From: the human T2T-CHM13v2.0 reference genome, Homo sapiens
Length of the DNA stretch: 64,000 nt
Direction: 5' to 3' (one strand)
NCBI RefSeq assembly: GCF_009914755.1
Contig: NC_060926.1
Shown here: positions 12,301 to 29,360 of the stretch, in pieces
Layout of the letters: each line of letters opens with the position of its first letter
Numbering within the stretch: position 1 is the stretch's first letter
Made by a program: the position numbers and the translations under genes
Notes under the pieces: model-generated
What the model saw: only the letters and a program-made list of their open reading frames with translations
Told to the model about the DNA's origin: nothing
Databases searched by the model: none

Positions 12301-13313
12301 ATGGGGAAAAAACAGAACAGAAAAACTGGAAACTCTAAAACACAGAGCGCCTCTCCTCCTCCAAAGGAATGCAGCTCCTCACCAGCAATGGAACAAAGCT
12401 GGACGGAGAATGACTTTGACGAGCTGAGAGAAGACGGCTTCAGACGATCAAATTACTCCGAGCTACGGGAGGACATTCAAACCAAAGGCAAAGAAGTTGA
12501 ATACTTTGAAAAAAATTTAGAAGAATGTATAACTAGAATAACCAATACAGAGAAGTGCTTAAAGGAGCTGATGGAGCTGAAAACCAAGGCTCGAGAACTA
12601 CGTGAAGAATGCAGAAGCCTCAAGAGCCGATTCGATCAACTGGAAGAAAGGGTATCAGTGATGGAAGATGAAATGAATGAAATGAGGTGAGAAGGGAACT
12701 TTAGAGAAAAAACAATAAAAAGAAACGAGCAAAGCCTCCAAGAAATATGGGACTATGAGAAAAGACCAAATCTATGTCTGATTGGTGTACCTGAAAGCGA
12801 CGGGGAGAATGGAACCAAGTTGGAAAACACTCTGCAGGATATTATCCAGGAGAACTTCCCCAATCTAGCAAGGCAGGCCAACATTCAGATTCAGGAAATA
12901 CAGAGAACGCCACAAAGATACTCCTCGAGAAGAGCAACTCCAAGACACATAATTGTCAGATTCACCAAAGTTGAAATGAAGGAAAAAATGTTAAGGGCAG
13001 CCAGAGAGAAATGTCGGGTTACCCTCAAAGGGAAGCCCATCAGACTAACAGTGGATCTCTCGGCAGAAACCCTACAAGCCAGAAGAGAGTGGGGGCCAAT
13101 ATTCAACATACTTAAAAGAATTTTCAACCCAGAATTTCATATCCAGCCAAACTAAGCTTCATAAGTGAAGGAGAAATAAAATACTTTACGGACAAGCAAA
13201 TGCTGAGAGATTTTGTCACCACCGGGCCTGCCCTAAAAGAGCTCCTGAAGGAAGCACTAAACATGGAAAGGAACAACCGGTACCAGCCGCTGCAAAATCA
13301 TGCCAATATGTAA
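12301..13313 (+). pseudogene. ORF1: L1 ORF1 (RNA-binding protein), disrupted
   Basis: Begins MGKKQNRKTGNSKTQSASPPPKE. Premature TGA at 12688-12690 (CGA>TGA) and a ~4-nt deletion frameshift near 13115. Native TAA at 13311-13313. Confidence 0.95.
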
Positions 13314-13376
13314 AGAGCATCGAGACTAGGAAGAAACTGCATCAACTAACGAGCAAAATAACCAGCTAACATCATC

Positions 13377-17197
<3,821 letters not shown>

Positions 17198-18058
17198 ACA
17201 ATGAGATCACATGGACACAGGAAGGGGAACATCACACTCTGGGGCCTGTTGTGGGGTGGGGGGAGGGGGGAGGGATAGCATTGGGAGATATACCTAATGC
17301 TAGATGACGAGTTAGTGGGTGCAGCGTGCCAGCGTGGCACATGTATACATATGTAACTAACCTGCACAATGTGCACATGTACCCTAAAACTTAAAGTATA
17401 ATAATAAAAGAAAAAATAAATAAATAAATAAAGTTTTATGGGAACACACACACAAAAAAAAACACTTCATAGCTTTCATGCATTTCTGTTAATGCTATCA
17501 AAAAGAAAGTATTTGGAAAGCAAAAGTGGAGAGAGTGAGCCTTCCAGGTGAGGAAAACCACATGAGTAAAGGCACATTCAAGATGAGTAGGTCAAGAGTT
17601 AATGAGATGTTAATAGTCTTTTGTAGCAATCATCCAAGCTGGAAGTGTTTCTATGACTTATTTGTGTTTCCGGTTCATGATCCAGAACATAAAGCCCTGA
17701 TTTCCCCATTACTGGGTATGCAGGTGAAACCAGCCCTGGGAGGGCTGGCAGCCCAGGGCCGACCTTGGTGATCTGGTGTTTACTGGATAACTGGGCTTTT
17801 TAGAGAGAAGTGTGCAAGTCTGGGCAGCACCACTGACTGACTGGGAGGAAGCTCTTAAAAAGGCTACCTTACCAAACTGGAGCACGCATACCTGAAAAGT
17901 TTCTGGATGAGGATGGAGAACCTTATTCAGAGATGGCCTAATCAAGATGAAATAAAGTAGGGAAGGCTTTGCATGAAAATCACCTGTTTTAATTATGTAA
18001 AAGTCAGGCACATGCAAGTTGTTAGTGGAAGTTCTAAATAACAGTTATTTCAGCTTAC

Positions 18059-18107
18059 TTTTTCTTCTTTTTCTTTTCTTTCTTTCTTTTTTTTTTTTTT
18101 TTTTTTT
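18059..18107. repeat. T-rich / poly(T) tract
   Basis: TTTTTCTTCTTTTTCTTTTCTTTCTTTC followed by a long T run. Confidence 0.85.
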
Positions 18108-20640
18108 GTAAGTTGTTTTCCAAAAAGGCATTCCAAAGAGTAGAGTTTTACAGTTAAATAAGTTAGGAAGTATTATATAATTTACTTCCTCTTGGAAAGT
18201 CACAATACATATTAGATATTAAAAGCTCTGAGGAGTCCTATTTTCTTTCTTCAACCCAGCATCTCCCAAACTGACTAGCATCTCATAAAAATTATGTTCT
18301 AAGATCCTTTTGGAAATACTAATGTTTCAAAACATCAAAACAACTTTAGCCATTTTTTGTCAGGGAGAAAAATTTCATAAATACCCGCTTCACACCTCAA
18401 GCATGACACTAAAAGATGATTACAAATATATTAGGTACATAAAGCTGAATGAATTTCCAAGGCAGCAGTTTACCTCATAGGTCTGATCATTGTCAAAAGT
18501 CTCTTTATGGTTTATGGTCCTGTCAGAAACCCTCAGTTCTCCCATATGTACATATATGGTACTCTTTCCCTCCCAGTTAATTATGCCATAAATAATTTCT
18601 TCTTATCTGCATATCAATTACAAGGTAATGAATGCCACTTCATATTATGTGAAATACAAATCAAGCTCTAGGCCCCGTGAGATAATTTTCTTGGCCAAAC
18701 TCCCAGGCCCTGTACTTGGTATGAACTTCAATTGTGTCTCTAGGATTAGTGAATGTTATGCTTCTAAGTGGTGATCTGTTTATTTCATGCCACATTTTCA
18801 AGCTGTCTTTTTCTCACATGTACCATTAAGCATTATATTGAGTTTTTTTTTAAGGTTTTCAATTCACTTTATTTTTGTAAAATTTCTCTATTCAAATTTA
18901 TCTCAATGTGCAATTTGCTCATACCTCATCTCTCTAGAGAGCTTTGAGGTTACTCTTTCCCTACAAGGTGCTTGCAGAAAAAAATAGCAGCTAAAATTCA
19001 CAAGTGGCAAAGGCATGTTTTCTTCTCCCCAATTTTTAACATGCTTGCTCCAATGAAAATAAAGTCTTGCTTGCAGATGTACCAAAGGAGACATCTCATT
19101 CATTGACTTTACTTTTTTATAAAGTCATACACCAGTGCCAATTCTTTTTGTATATGCTATGTAGTACAGGTTCTTCCTTCTTTATCTAAAATTTGGGGTA
19201 TCAATTTCACATTGGGAATTTATTTGAAATCAGTGAGAGAAATATTTCTATCTGAAAGATATTATATTTGAGATTGAGTCAGGCATCATACTGAGAAAAG
19301 GATCAAGGAAATATAACAACTGTTGAAAAACTGAAACTCAATGTGTAAAATATTATCAAACATGGAAGTAGAATACAGTGAAGGTGCACAATTGAAAAGA
19401 GCATTTTTCTTTGACAATTTAAACAGCTGTATCTGTATTTCAGTGCTGAAATCCTCTGTGCATTTGCTTAACAACAATGTCTTCCCATACCCATGCTTAA
19501 ATAATTTCCTTCTGAAGGATAAAAGATAGGCACTAAAAATTATATTTTTAACATTAAACTTGAATACTTTATCTTGAAATTTAAACCTCATGTGACTCAA
19601 AGGAATTTAAATTATTTTCTGAGATCTAGGACTTTCTTTTTGGTTATGAAACTCTTTGACCTTTTTTCCCATTGACACAAAATTATGAATTTAACAAAGA
19701 AAATCCACAACTCAAATCAACCAAGGTCTATGTAAATAAACTTTGCAAATAGTAGGATTTGAGACACCACATGTTTCTAACCACTTTATAAATCATACTT
19801 CTTGGCTGTTCAGAATATGGGAATCAGGGATTTTTTTAAATGAGAAGACAGTCTTAATTTCAGAGTCACTCTTTAAGGCTATATTTCACACCACGTTTTG
19901 AGACAGCACTTGGATTCTAACATGGGAGCCCAATGCAGCTGAGCCATGAATGACTGGCTTCTGAAATAAGCCAAATCAAGATAAAACATTGCAAAATGTA
20001 ACCCAGTGGATACCCCAAAGACATCACTGCAGGAAAAATACTTTTTTTAAAAAATTGAGGAACCACAGGTGTGACAGAAACTCATATTTTCACAGTTGAG
20101 CTCAACAGCATCGTTGTGGTTTTTGGTGCTCTCATTAAAACACATTGTTGAAAATATACGACTATTTTCATCTTCTCTTATCCTGTTTACACAGATTTCA
20201 GGCTCTAATTGTCTTTTACTCTCTTGAACTCATCAAGCAAACAGAGTTGGTATAGTTAGAAAACATACTTCTGTAGAGAGCACAGTAAGTTGTAAAGACT
20301 ATATTGTATTATTTCTCTTTCCTAGTAATGAAAATGAATTTTTTAAAATGTTGCTGGATTAATGAGTTTTGTTGTATCTATTTTCTTTTTATTGTATGCT
20401 TTTATGTTTTAATATTTAATGTAGTTCATTCAGTTATTCAGTGAATAATAGTCAAGGTTGTCCTTTTATTCATAACTTCAACATAATACATTTGCATTTC
20501 AAGTATTATACTTTATTATTTGTAAAAATCCATGACTTGCTTGTCAATTAGTATATTTGTGTGCTAGGAAATATACATATCTTTTAAATTGTGTACATTA
20601 ATTATACATATTCAAACACATTGATATTTAAAGAGAAATC

Positions 20641-21481
20641 TAGCTATTCTTATATCAGACAAAACAAACTTTAAAGCCACAGCAGTTTAAAAAGACAAAG
20701 AGGGACACTATATAATTATCAAAGGTCTTGTCCAACAGGAAAATATCATAATACTATAAATATATATGCATCTAACACTGGAGTTCCCAAATTTATAAAA
20801 CAATTACTACTAGACCTTAGAAATGAGAAAGACAACAACACGATAATAGTAGGGGACTTCAATACTCCACTGACAGCACTAAACAGGTCATCAAGACAGA
20901 AAGTCAACAAAGAAACAATGGATTTAAACTATAATCTAGAACAAATGAACTTAACAGGTATTTCCAGAACATTCTATGCAACAACTGCAGAATATACACT
21001 TCTCTTCATCAGCAGATGCAACTTTCTCCAAGATAGACCATATGATAGGCCACAAAACAAGTCTCAATAAATTTAAGAAAATTGATATTATATCAAGTAC
21101 TCTCTCAGACCACAGTGGAATAAAATTGGAAATCAACTCCAAAAGGAGCCTTCAAACCAATCAAGTACATGGAAATTAAAAACCTACTCTTGAATGACCA
21201 TTGGGTCAACAATGACATCAAAATGAAAATTTAAAAATTATTTGAACTGAACGATAATAGTGATACAACCTATCAAAACCTCTGGGATACAGCAAAGACA
21301 GTGCTAAGAAGAAAGTTCATAGCTTTACATGCCTACATCAAAAAGTCTGAAAGAGCACAAATAGTTAATATGAAGTCACACCTCAAGGAACTAGAGAAAT
21401 AAGAACAAACCAAACCCAAACTCTGCAGAAGAAAATAAATAACCAAGATCAGAGCAGACCTAAATAAAGTTGAAACAAAAA
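20641..21481 (+). mobile_element. Internal L1PB-like ORF2 endonuclease-region fragment with no 3' UTR
   Basis: TAGCTATTCTTATATCAGAC start. Translation includes FSKIDHMIGHKTSLNKFKKIDIISSTLSDHSGIKLEI. Stops at GAAACAAAAA. Confidence 0.88.
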
Positions 21482-21796
21482 TTTTCAACTTACTCTTGAT
21501 TTGTTGAGACGTTAAGGTACAGGGAAAATCTGAATACACCAATAATTTATGAGTAAAATTTCCAAAGGCACTTCAAAATTATAGGTAATTCAGAAGTATT
21601 ACTTCCTTTCCAGCAAATATTCTTCTAAAATGCATTTTTAATAGTACATTGCCTGATCTGAGTCTTTCAATATCTCTACTTACTCTTCATTTGAGACACT
21701 GAAAAGCAATAGCAGAGAATACAAATATTGCTAAGACATATGCCTGACTAACAACCATCAGGCTGGGAAATGTCTTCAGGATTTTAGCACAAGTCT

Positions 21797-21865
21797 TAGA
21801 ACAACACAGACATAATTCAGAAAGTGAAGTAGAACAACACAGACATAATTCAGAAAGTGAAGTAG
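21797..21865. repeat. Perfect 33-bp tandem duplication
   Basis: TAGAACAACACAGACATAATTCAGAAAGTGAAG at 21797-21829 and 21830-21862, followed by TAG. Confidence 0.97.
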
Positions 21866-22099
21866 GAAACACTTTGTATCTGGCAAGGCATCATGGGGAA
21901 TCAAATTACTCAAGGCTAGCTGTATCACTGGAAAGAGAAGAAAGTGCAATGAGAGGCCTAGATAGCTCCATTCTGTGGGAGTCATAGTTATACCTAGCAG
22001 CCAGTCTCTTCTTCCCTCACATTCCCTGTGAAGGTAAATGATTTCATACTGACTTTTCTATTTTTGATGTTTTTAGTAAAAGACAATAGTGTTGATTTG

Positions 22100-22660
22100 A
22101 CATAATCAATTTCTTCTATTTGAGTTTGGGAAAATTACTTAACAATTTTAAATCTTGGCTTTTTTATCTAAAAAGTAGAAAAAAATGAATACTTATTCAT
22201 TTTTAAAGTCATTAGAAAGAGTAAATGAATCAATCCATATTACCATGATATATGGCATGCTGTCAATGCTTATAAAGTTTTATCTGTCATTGATTTCCAA
22301 AAATAACATTAACCTCTTTGAGACTGTCTTTTTTTATTCAGTAAAATGAAGATCATACTGCCAACTTATATATTATTTTGTAGACCGAATGAGCCAATAT
22401 ATTGTTAAACATTTGGCATAGTGCCTAGCATGTAGTAAGTGCTCAAAAAAGGTAAGTTCTTTTCTCCTCTCTAAATCAATCCTATAGTCTAACTTTAGCT
22501 CTGCGGTACCAAGATTCACATAGCTCCACTGGTGCTGCCAGCCACTGATGGGCAGGCGAACTGCTTCAGCCATTCTTGGAGGTTCTTTCCCAGGTTCTGA
22601 AATGGGTACATAAAATGTGCTTTACAAGGTTGTTCTGAGGATCAAATGTGCACTAAGTAA
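22100..22660 (+). mobile_element. Cluster of MIR fragments
   Basis: MIR core and 3' motifs, e.g. CAGTAAAATGAAGAT, GCATAGTGCCTAGCATGTAGTAAGTGCTCAA and GGTTGTTCTGAGGATCAAATG. Confidence 0.7.
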
Positions 22661-25300
22661 CAGGTAAAATTAAATAATATATAATTATAAATTTGTTTGA
22701 AAGAAGAGGCAAAGAGATGGTGCACGCGAAAGCAATAAGGCCTAATCATCCACAGAAAACAAATGTTGAAGAAATTTAAAGTTCTCTGACTTATTAAATA
22801 GATCAAGCTTCCCAGAATCCACTTCTCTCTTTTAGACTTTTCTTCCTTTATTCTGAGCAGAAGCATGGCCAGGCCCCCTCTGTCCCTTCGGACATTGCAA
22901 TCCCACCTGCAAGGTGTTTTTGGATTAACCCTAAACACTTCAAAAAGAAAGACAAAGTGGAGCTAATTTGAAGAAATATGAAGAAAAAGAGGCCGATTCT
23001 TGTTCTAACTTGAGAATTTTCAAAATGCAAAGTGGACCAATATCGGATATTTTTAATGAGTCCTAATTATAAATACATTTGTGTAGCACAATTTAATTTA
23101 TTGGAAGAACTAATTTTATTCAATCTTTTTTTAATGTGAAAGCAAAATCTCCAATATGTTGCCATAACACAATAAATATAATTTTCCAAGCCAGAAACCA
23201 TGGCAACAGTTTTTAATAATAGAATATGATTGGCTGCATATGAAAAAATAAAACCACACTCTAAATAATTAAACTGTTTCTCAATATAAAATGATAATAT
23301 CTCAAGCATTTTCCTGTTTTTATGTGTTCAATGTGATACACTGTTTCAGTCTGCTGGGAAACCTATAATTACCAGACTGTCTTTTCATGTAATACATTCT
23401 TTTTGTCACTAATCCATGAATTAAAATGATATTTCAAAGAAAATAACCTGTCTGAAAAAGAGAAACCTGAGAATTAGGTCCTTTAGAATGAATTCTTTTT
23501 ATATTGGTTCACCCAGTTGAATGTATTTTCTTTATGATTTTGGAGGAAAGTTTTTTTTTGTCATTTTTAAAAGGGGTCAGTTCAAGAATACTGGTTTAAA
23601 TCAGATGTCTATCAATTTGGCCTCACATATATGTATTCATATATTTCAGGACACCAAACAAACAGGCAAAAGCTTTTCATTGACACAATGTCTGCCCATG
23701 TAACAAAAATCTGTGGAGAAAGGAAGTTTTAATTCAAATATCCAGATGTCTAGCTTGCCAATGGGCATTTGGCATCACTACAACAAAACATGTGCATGGC
23801 TAAAATTGTTCTCTTCTCCACTGCATCGTATGGCAGGACCTTCCCAAAAGCTTGGTGGAATTATTTTACCAAGTTCCAAGAAAGAATTCAAACCATATTC
23901 CCTATATGCTGTTGAAATGACTTGTGGAACAAAGTTATAGGAATACATAAATAGATAAGTGACTGGTTAACAATAAACAAATGGCTAATTCATGCACATG
24001 AAAGATTTAGGCAGTGATATTCACACATATGGCACTGCTAAATGAAAAAGACATTTCTGTATCTAAAAATAGTATCAGTACCAGAACTAGTGAATAATGT
24101 TTTATTTTTCCAAAGGTCAACAGGATATTACTTAGTCTGCCAAATTATAATAGCTAGAGCCCAGTCATTAGTGGCAAAGTCAGGAACAGCAGTAATGATT
24201 TTGACCCTAGAAATTTCAATCCTACTTTCAATGAGTTAATCAGAAGAAGTCATATACCTCTCTGAAATGCTTTAAATATGACATATTTGAGTTATTCTTC
24301 AGAATATATTTATCAAACATGTGTGCTGTTAATAAATATTTATGGGGGCATAAAAGTATATTCACATATTTCTCAACATGTTGTGATCTATCTTGTATCT
24401 CAGCATAGTTTCTGTTGTATGATAGAATGTTTAATTTTAATAAGGGTGCTGACCTAGCCAGTAAAATCAATCTTTTTGTCAAGATTACCAGAACTTTTTA
24501 GGAAGATAAATAAATACATGGTTGCTTTTAAAAAGAGTTCTCTTTGATACTTCCAATTGTTTCAGATAATCCTAACTTTCCCTTATTGCTTATTTATATT
24601 AGAAACACACAGTTAAGACCTATTTCGAAGTAATTATATATTGCACTTCCTTTATATGACTTATTTAGTTAGTATCTACTAGCAACTCAACTTGTCCCAT
24701 AGAAAAGAGGGAAATTTGCATTTAAAAAGCTAGAGAAGCTGTCTGAATGTTACCATGAGCTAGCCACAAAAGAAGAAGAAATGTTACTGGATCTGCATTT
24801 TACTGCCTGGTACTTGACACATCAAGTGTCAACTGGAACCAAATCAAAAATCTTATGTATGTGCATTTCTAGTAAGACTGCTTTCTGGTAGACAAATGAG
24901 AGAATACTGATTTGACATTGCAACTTCCCTAATCATTCTAGCTTTAGTTATAAAAATACAGCAAAGAATATAGCTAATCCACCCCTTCTGTCACACAGTC
25001 ACTTTGAGTTTAACCAGGGAAATCCCAAAGTTTGTCCTTTGAAACTCAAAGACTTTAAAGGTTTCAATACTACAGAGGAAAAACATTCATTTAGGATGAA
25101 TTTCAACTTTTACCTTTCACAATTATTTTTTGTTGAAATGTTACTTTTAGAGTACCATTGAAAATTTTATTTTTTACCAATTCCTTACGTCTGTTTGAAA
25201 CATGATTTCTTAGTAATATTGTTTAGAGGTCATTCCACATACAATTGCAGAGCTGAAAAAATCCTTGGAGATACATCTAAAAAAATCTTTCATTCATTTT

Positions 25301-25486
25301 TAAGTTATTATGGAGTTATTGTGATAGTTATTATGGAGTTATTGTGATAGTTATTATGGAGTTTTAGACATATTGATAAAATGGACATGTTTAGACATAC
25401 TTTACCAATATAACTGTCTAATAACATATTGGTAAAATATATCTAAGTTATTACGGAGTTATTATGTTTTAGACATATTGGTAAAA
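25301..25486. repeat. Complex local patchwork repeat (direct and inverted copies of short local motifs)
   Basis: 23-bp unit AGTTATTATGGAGTTATTGTGAT about 2.6 times, repeated TTTAGACATATTG(A/G)TAAAA, and an inverted copy TTTACCAATAT. Confidence 0.9.
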
Positions 25487-28400
25487 GTCTTACAACGAAA
25501 GTATAAAAACATCAAGTGAAAAGTTTATTACTCCACTTTTAAAGAACAGTAGGAAAACATTTTGTAATTATTTAAAGAAATTAAAATATTTACATAATCA
25601 AATAAATTAAAATCTTTAATTGTATGTTTAAAGAACTGGTTTTAAAAGGATAAGCTTATCATCCATTAGAAAAGTACACTTCTGTTGTGCATTTTTGTAT
25701 CTGAAAATATAAGAATATAAATAGCAATCTCATATTTTTCAATATGTGTAACTTTTAAGTTACCTATACACATATTATATTTGAAATAACTTCAAGAATG
25801 TTACTTAGGTGTTGTCTTTTTACAATAGTGAATACTAACTTGGAAAACTGTAAATTTATTTTTCTCTCTTTCCTATCTATAACCAGTTTTAAGTGAGAAA
25901 TCATTCTTAGAATCCATACTTTAAAGTAGCAAAGAAGGGAAAGTTATAAAATACTTTGGGGGTTAAAATCTGTATCCTGATCAGTAAATTTTATGACCCA
26001 AAGTGAGTCCCCTGTGGTATCATTTATTATAGCTAAAATGATTGGAACTGGGGGTCCATGACACTATTACCTGTTTCTGTAGATTTATTGAAAATTAGCA
26101 ATTCCATTTATATCTATGAGATTTCAGGGATTACACAGTTATAGACTAGAAAATTGATAGATTTATGAGTCTAGTGAATCTAGTTGTACCGACTAATACA
26201 GCGAAAGAGAAAATTTAGAGGTTTGTACTCCTAAAGGAGTTAACCTTTGGATAAGGAAACATTTTTCAAGTAGAATATGAGAAATTATTGAATCCATAAA
26301 TTGTCACTGCTGCAAAGTAAAAAAGAGAGAGAGAGGAAAAAAAAAAAAAAACCAACAGCACAAGTTCAGCTTTTACATGAAAAATAATGAAAAGCAAAAG
26401 ATACCAAAAACAAATAGTACTATCATTTGGTTTGCTAATAAAGTGGCTCGTAGGGTTATTTATTACTCGAGTGTAATACCTCTTGGTTCTAGCTTTTCTT
26501 TTGGGCTGCCTTGCTTCAAATGGTATGAAAGGACTTGTGGAGATTTGTAATCATAGATTCCACATCACATATCCCTCCTAACCCTTAGCACTCACTGCCC
26601 CTGGCACAAATTGGACATACAATTAATAGTTCTTGTTTGTTGTTAACAATCAAATACATACATATTGTCTGCCTCTGATTTATGCTAATAACAGGAATAC
26701 CAGCTCAGTTTTCAAAATATCGTATGGATATGGTCTGTCTTCTAATAATATGGAACTTAACAATATCTTCTTTTGTTGTAGAAAATAGAAACAGTGATCA
26801 TTTGCTTTATGTCTTTCTAATTTTATTAGGCATAAAGTTTTATTAAATTATAGTCTAATGACACATACTAGTGAAATTATTTACTACATTGTTCCCTGTT
26901 TAATTATTATTTTCTTACACCAAAAATTACATATGTATAAGTACCTTATAGCAGAGCTATTTAACTTGTGCACATAGTAAGGATATACTGGTTGTTGGCA
27001 GCTACCATTTGTTTCGATGGTTCTGAACCCATGTTGAATCAATGATTAAGGATTTTAAAAACTCATTCCCATTTTAAAGTGTATTGCAGGAGTTCCAAAT
27101 AAATATAAGGCATAATTTCCTATCTTTGAAAACTTTAAAGTTTTTTTTAAATGAAAACACATTTACACACACACACACATGAAATGGGCTTGAAAAAAGT
27201 AATAGATATAATTCAGGACATCACCTGGAGGTGGAGCAGATATCCTGAAACTAATGGATTTGAGTTAGGTCTTGAAAGATAAGGAGGTTTTCTTAAATAA
27301 AGTTCAGTGACGGGAATGTTTCAAGCAGTGGGAACTCCTAGCTTAATGTGTAGTGGTCATAAAGAACAAATGTCATTTGTTTTTTCCTTTTGGCTTTGTG
27401 AATGGAGAATAACTGATAGAAATTAATATTGGATAATCAAAGAGAAACTTTTCAGTTGTTAATAGCATTCCTCTAGTTATCAACCTGATGGCCAAAATGC
27501 CTATAGAAAAATTTAGACAAATCTTTTTAATCATTTCTAACCACTGTCACAAAACAATGTTGCAAGTGCAAAATTTAAACAAGATACATCTAATTATATT
27601 CTCCTACGACACAACCTTTTTTCTATTGCAAGTAAAAAGTTAAACTAACGTATTCAGGCTTGGTTTTTTTTTTTTTAGCATTTCTATACCTTACAAAATT
27701 CTTTTTAGATTGAAATGGAGAGTTAACAAATGACAGCATGTAGGAAAAAGTAGAAATGAATTCTCCAGTTCCATAAATATCTTTGTGAAGCAAAGTCCAC
27801 ATAATTTTTTTCATTAAAATTCACAACATGAAGGCCAACTTTTGTTTTTTCAGCAACAGATGAAAATTGTTTTCTAAGGTCTTTGCATGCTAGCATTTAG
27901 CCTTTTCCTTGGTCTAATACTAAGTAACAGCCCCGTATTAAGCAATTTTAAACCAGGTATTCGATTTAAGACAGACATGTCAAATTTTGTAGTAAATGAA
28001 ATAGATATTTAATGACACTTAATGTGCAGTGATACAGCATAATATAGATGGTTTGGCTTGGAAGAGACTTGCAAATATTATGGCATTGGAGCAGAGCAGC
28101 TGAAAGCTTAGCATAAGTCCATAAGATATTCAGCTACAGAAAGATTTCATAAGAGAAAGATCAAGAAAAATAATACATTTACTTGAGAATGTGAAAATTA
28201 CCTTGGAACATTTGCTATTTGCATTCTATCTTGGAATATGCCAAGGTGTTTGTAGCTTAAGTTTTTTATTCCTTATGCTTATTGAAAGTTCTTACGTTTC
28301 AAGAGAATAAATACTTACTTCTGGGTAAGCATACTTCTGAATTTAGAAAAACATATACGATTACTCTAAATAACCATTAGAATATAACTTAACAGTATGT

Positions 28401-29006
28401 GTATGACCCTGTAATAAAATATGCTATATCTTATGTAGTTAGCTGAGTTGTATTCTTTGTAACTGAAAGTAAATAGATAATATATGTTTGTGTATATACA
28501 TGTAATATGGAGCATATAATAAAACATAAAAACCATTAATGATTATATCAATCACCAATAGCCACTGTTACTAATATGAATGTGTTTCCTTACGGTATTT
28601 TATTTATATACAGATAGCTTATTTTGCTCTGACAAAAGGAATTGTAAAATATTCTGGAGATGCTCACATGGGTTTACAACAACCTCTATATCCTTAATCA
28701 AAGAACAGTTTTATTCTTTACGACAACATCCTTCTAGAGGGAGTGAATACAAAATGAAACAGTGAGATCTTGCCCAGCAGGTAAGATCAACTACAAATAT
28801 GCTAACAAATAAGAGCAGGAGATGTTTCTTGAAACGAGGGACAGGCAGCTAAAGAGGTAAATATAGAGGAACATATCTGTTGTTTGGACTAAATAGGGAT
28901 TGGACGATAAGCAATTTAATGGAGAAAATGTTTAAATCTGAAAAGGTGTCATGAACAGACTATACTTATTGAGAAGAAAGTCCCTTATCCAATCTGATTG
29001 GGATAA

Positions 29007-29360
<354 letters not shown>

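Noticed and set aside
17705-17719. 15-nt match CCCATTACTGGGTAT to L1 ORF2 sequence ~800 bp upstream
   Set aside because: Too short, with no extension on either side. Likely coincidence.
21797-25486. CRISPR-like or other prokaryotic repeat-spacer system
   Set aside because: The repeats are adjacent duplications without unique spacers, no cas-like ORFs are present, and the sequence is clearly primate nuclear DNA.
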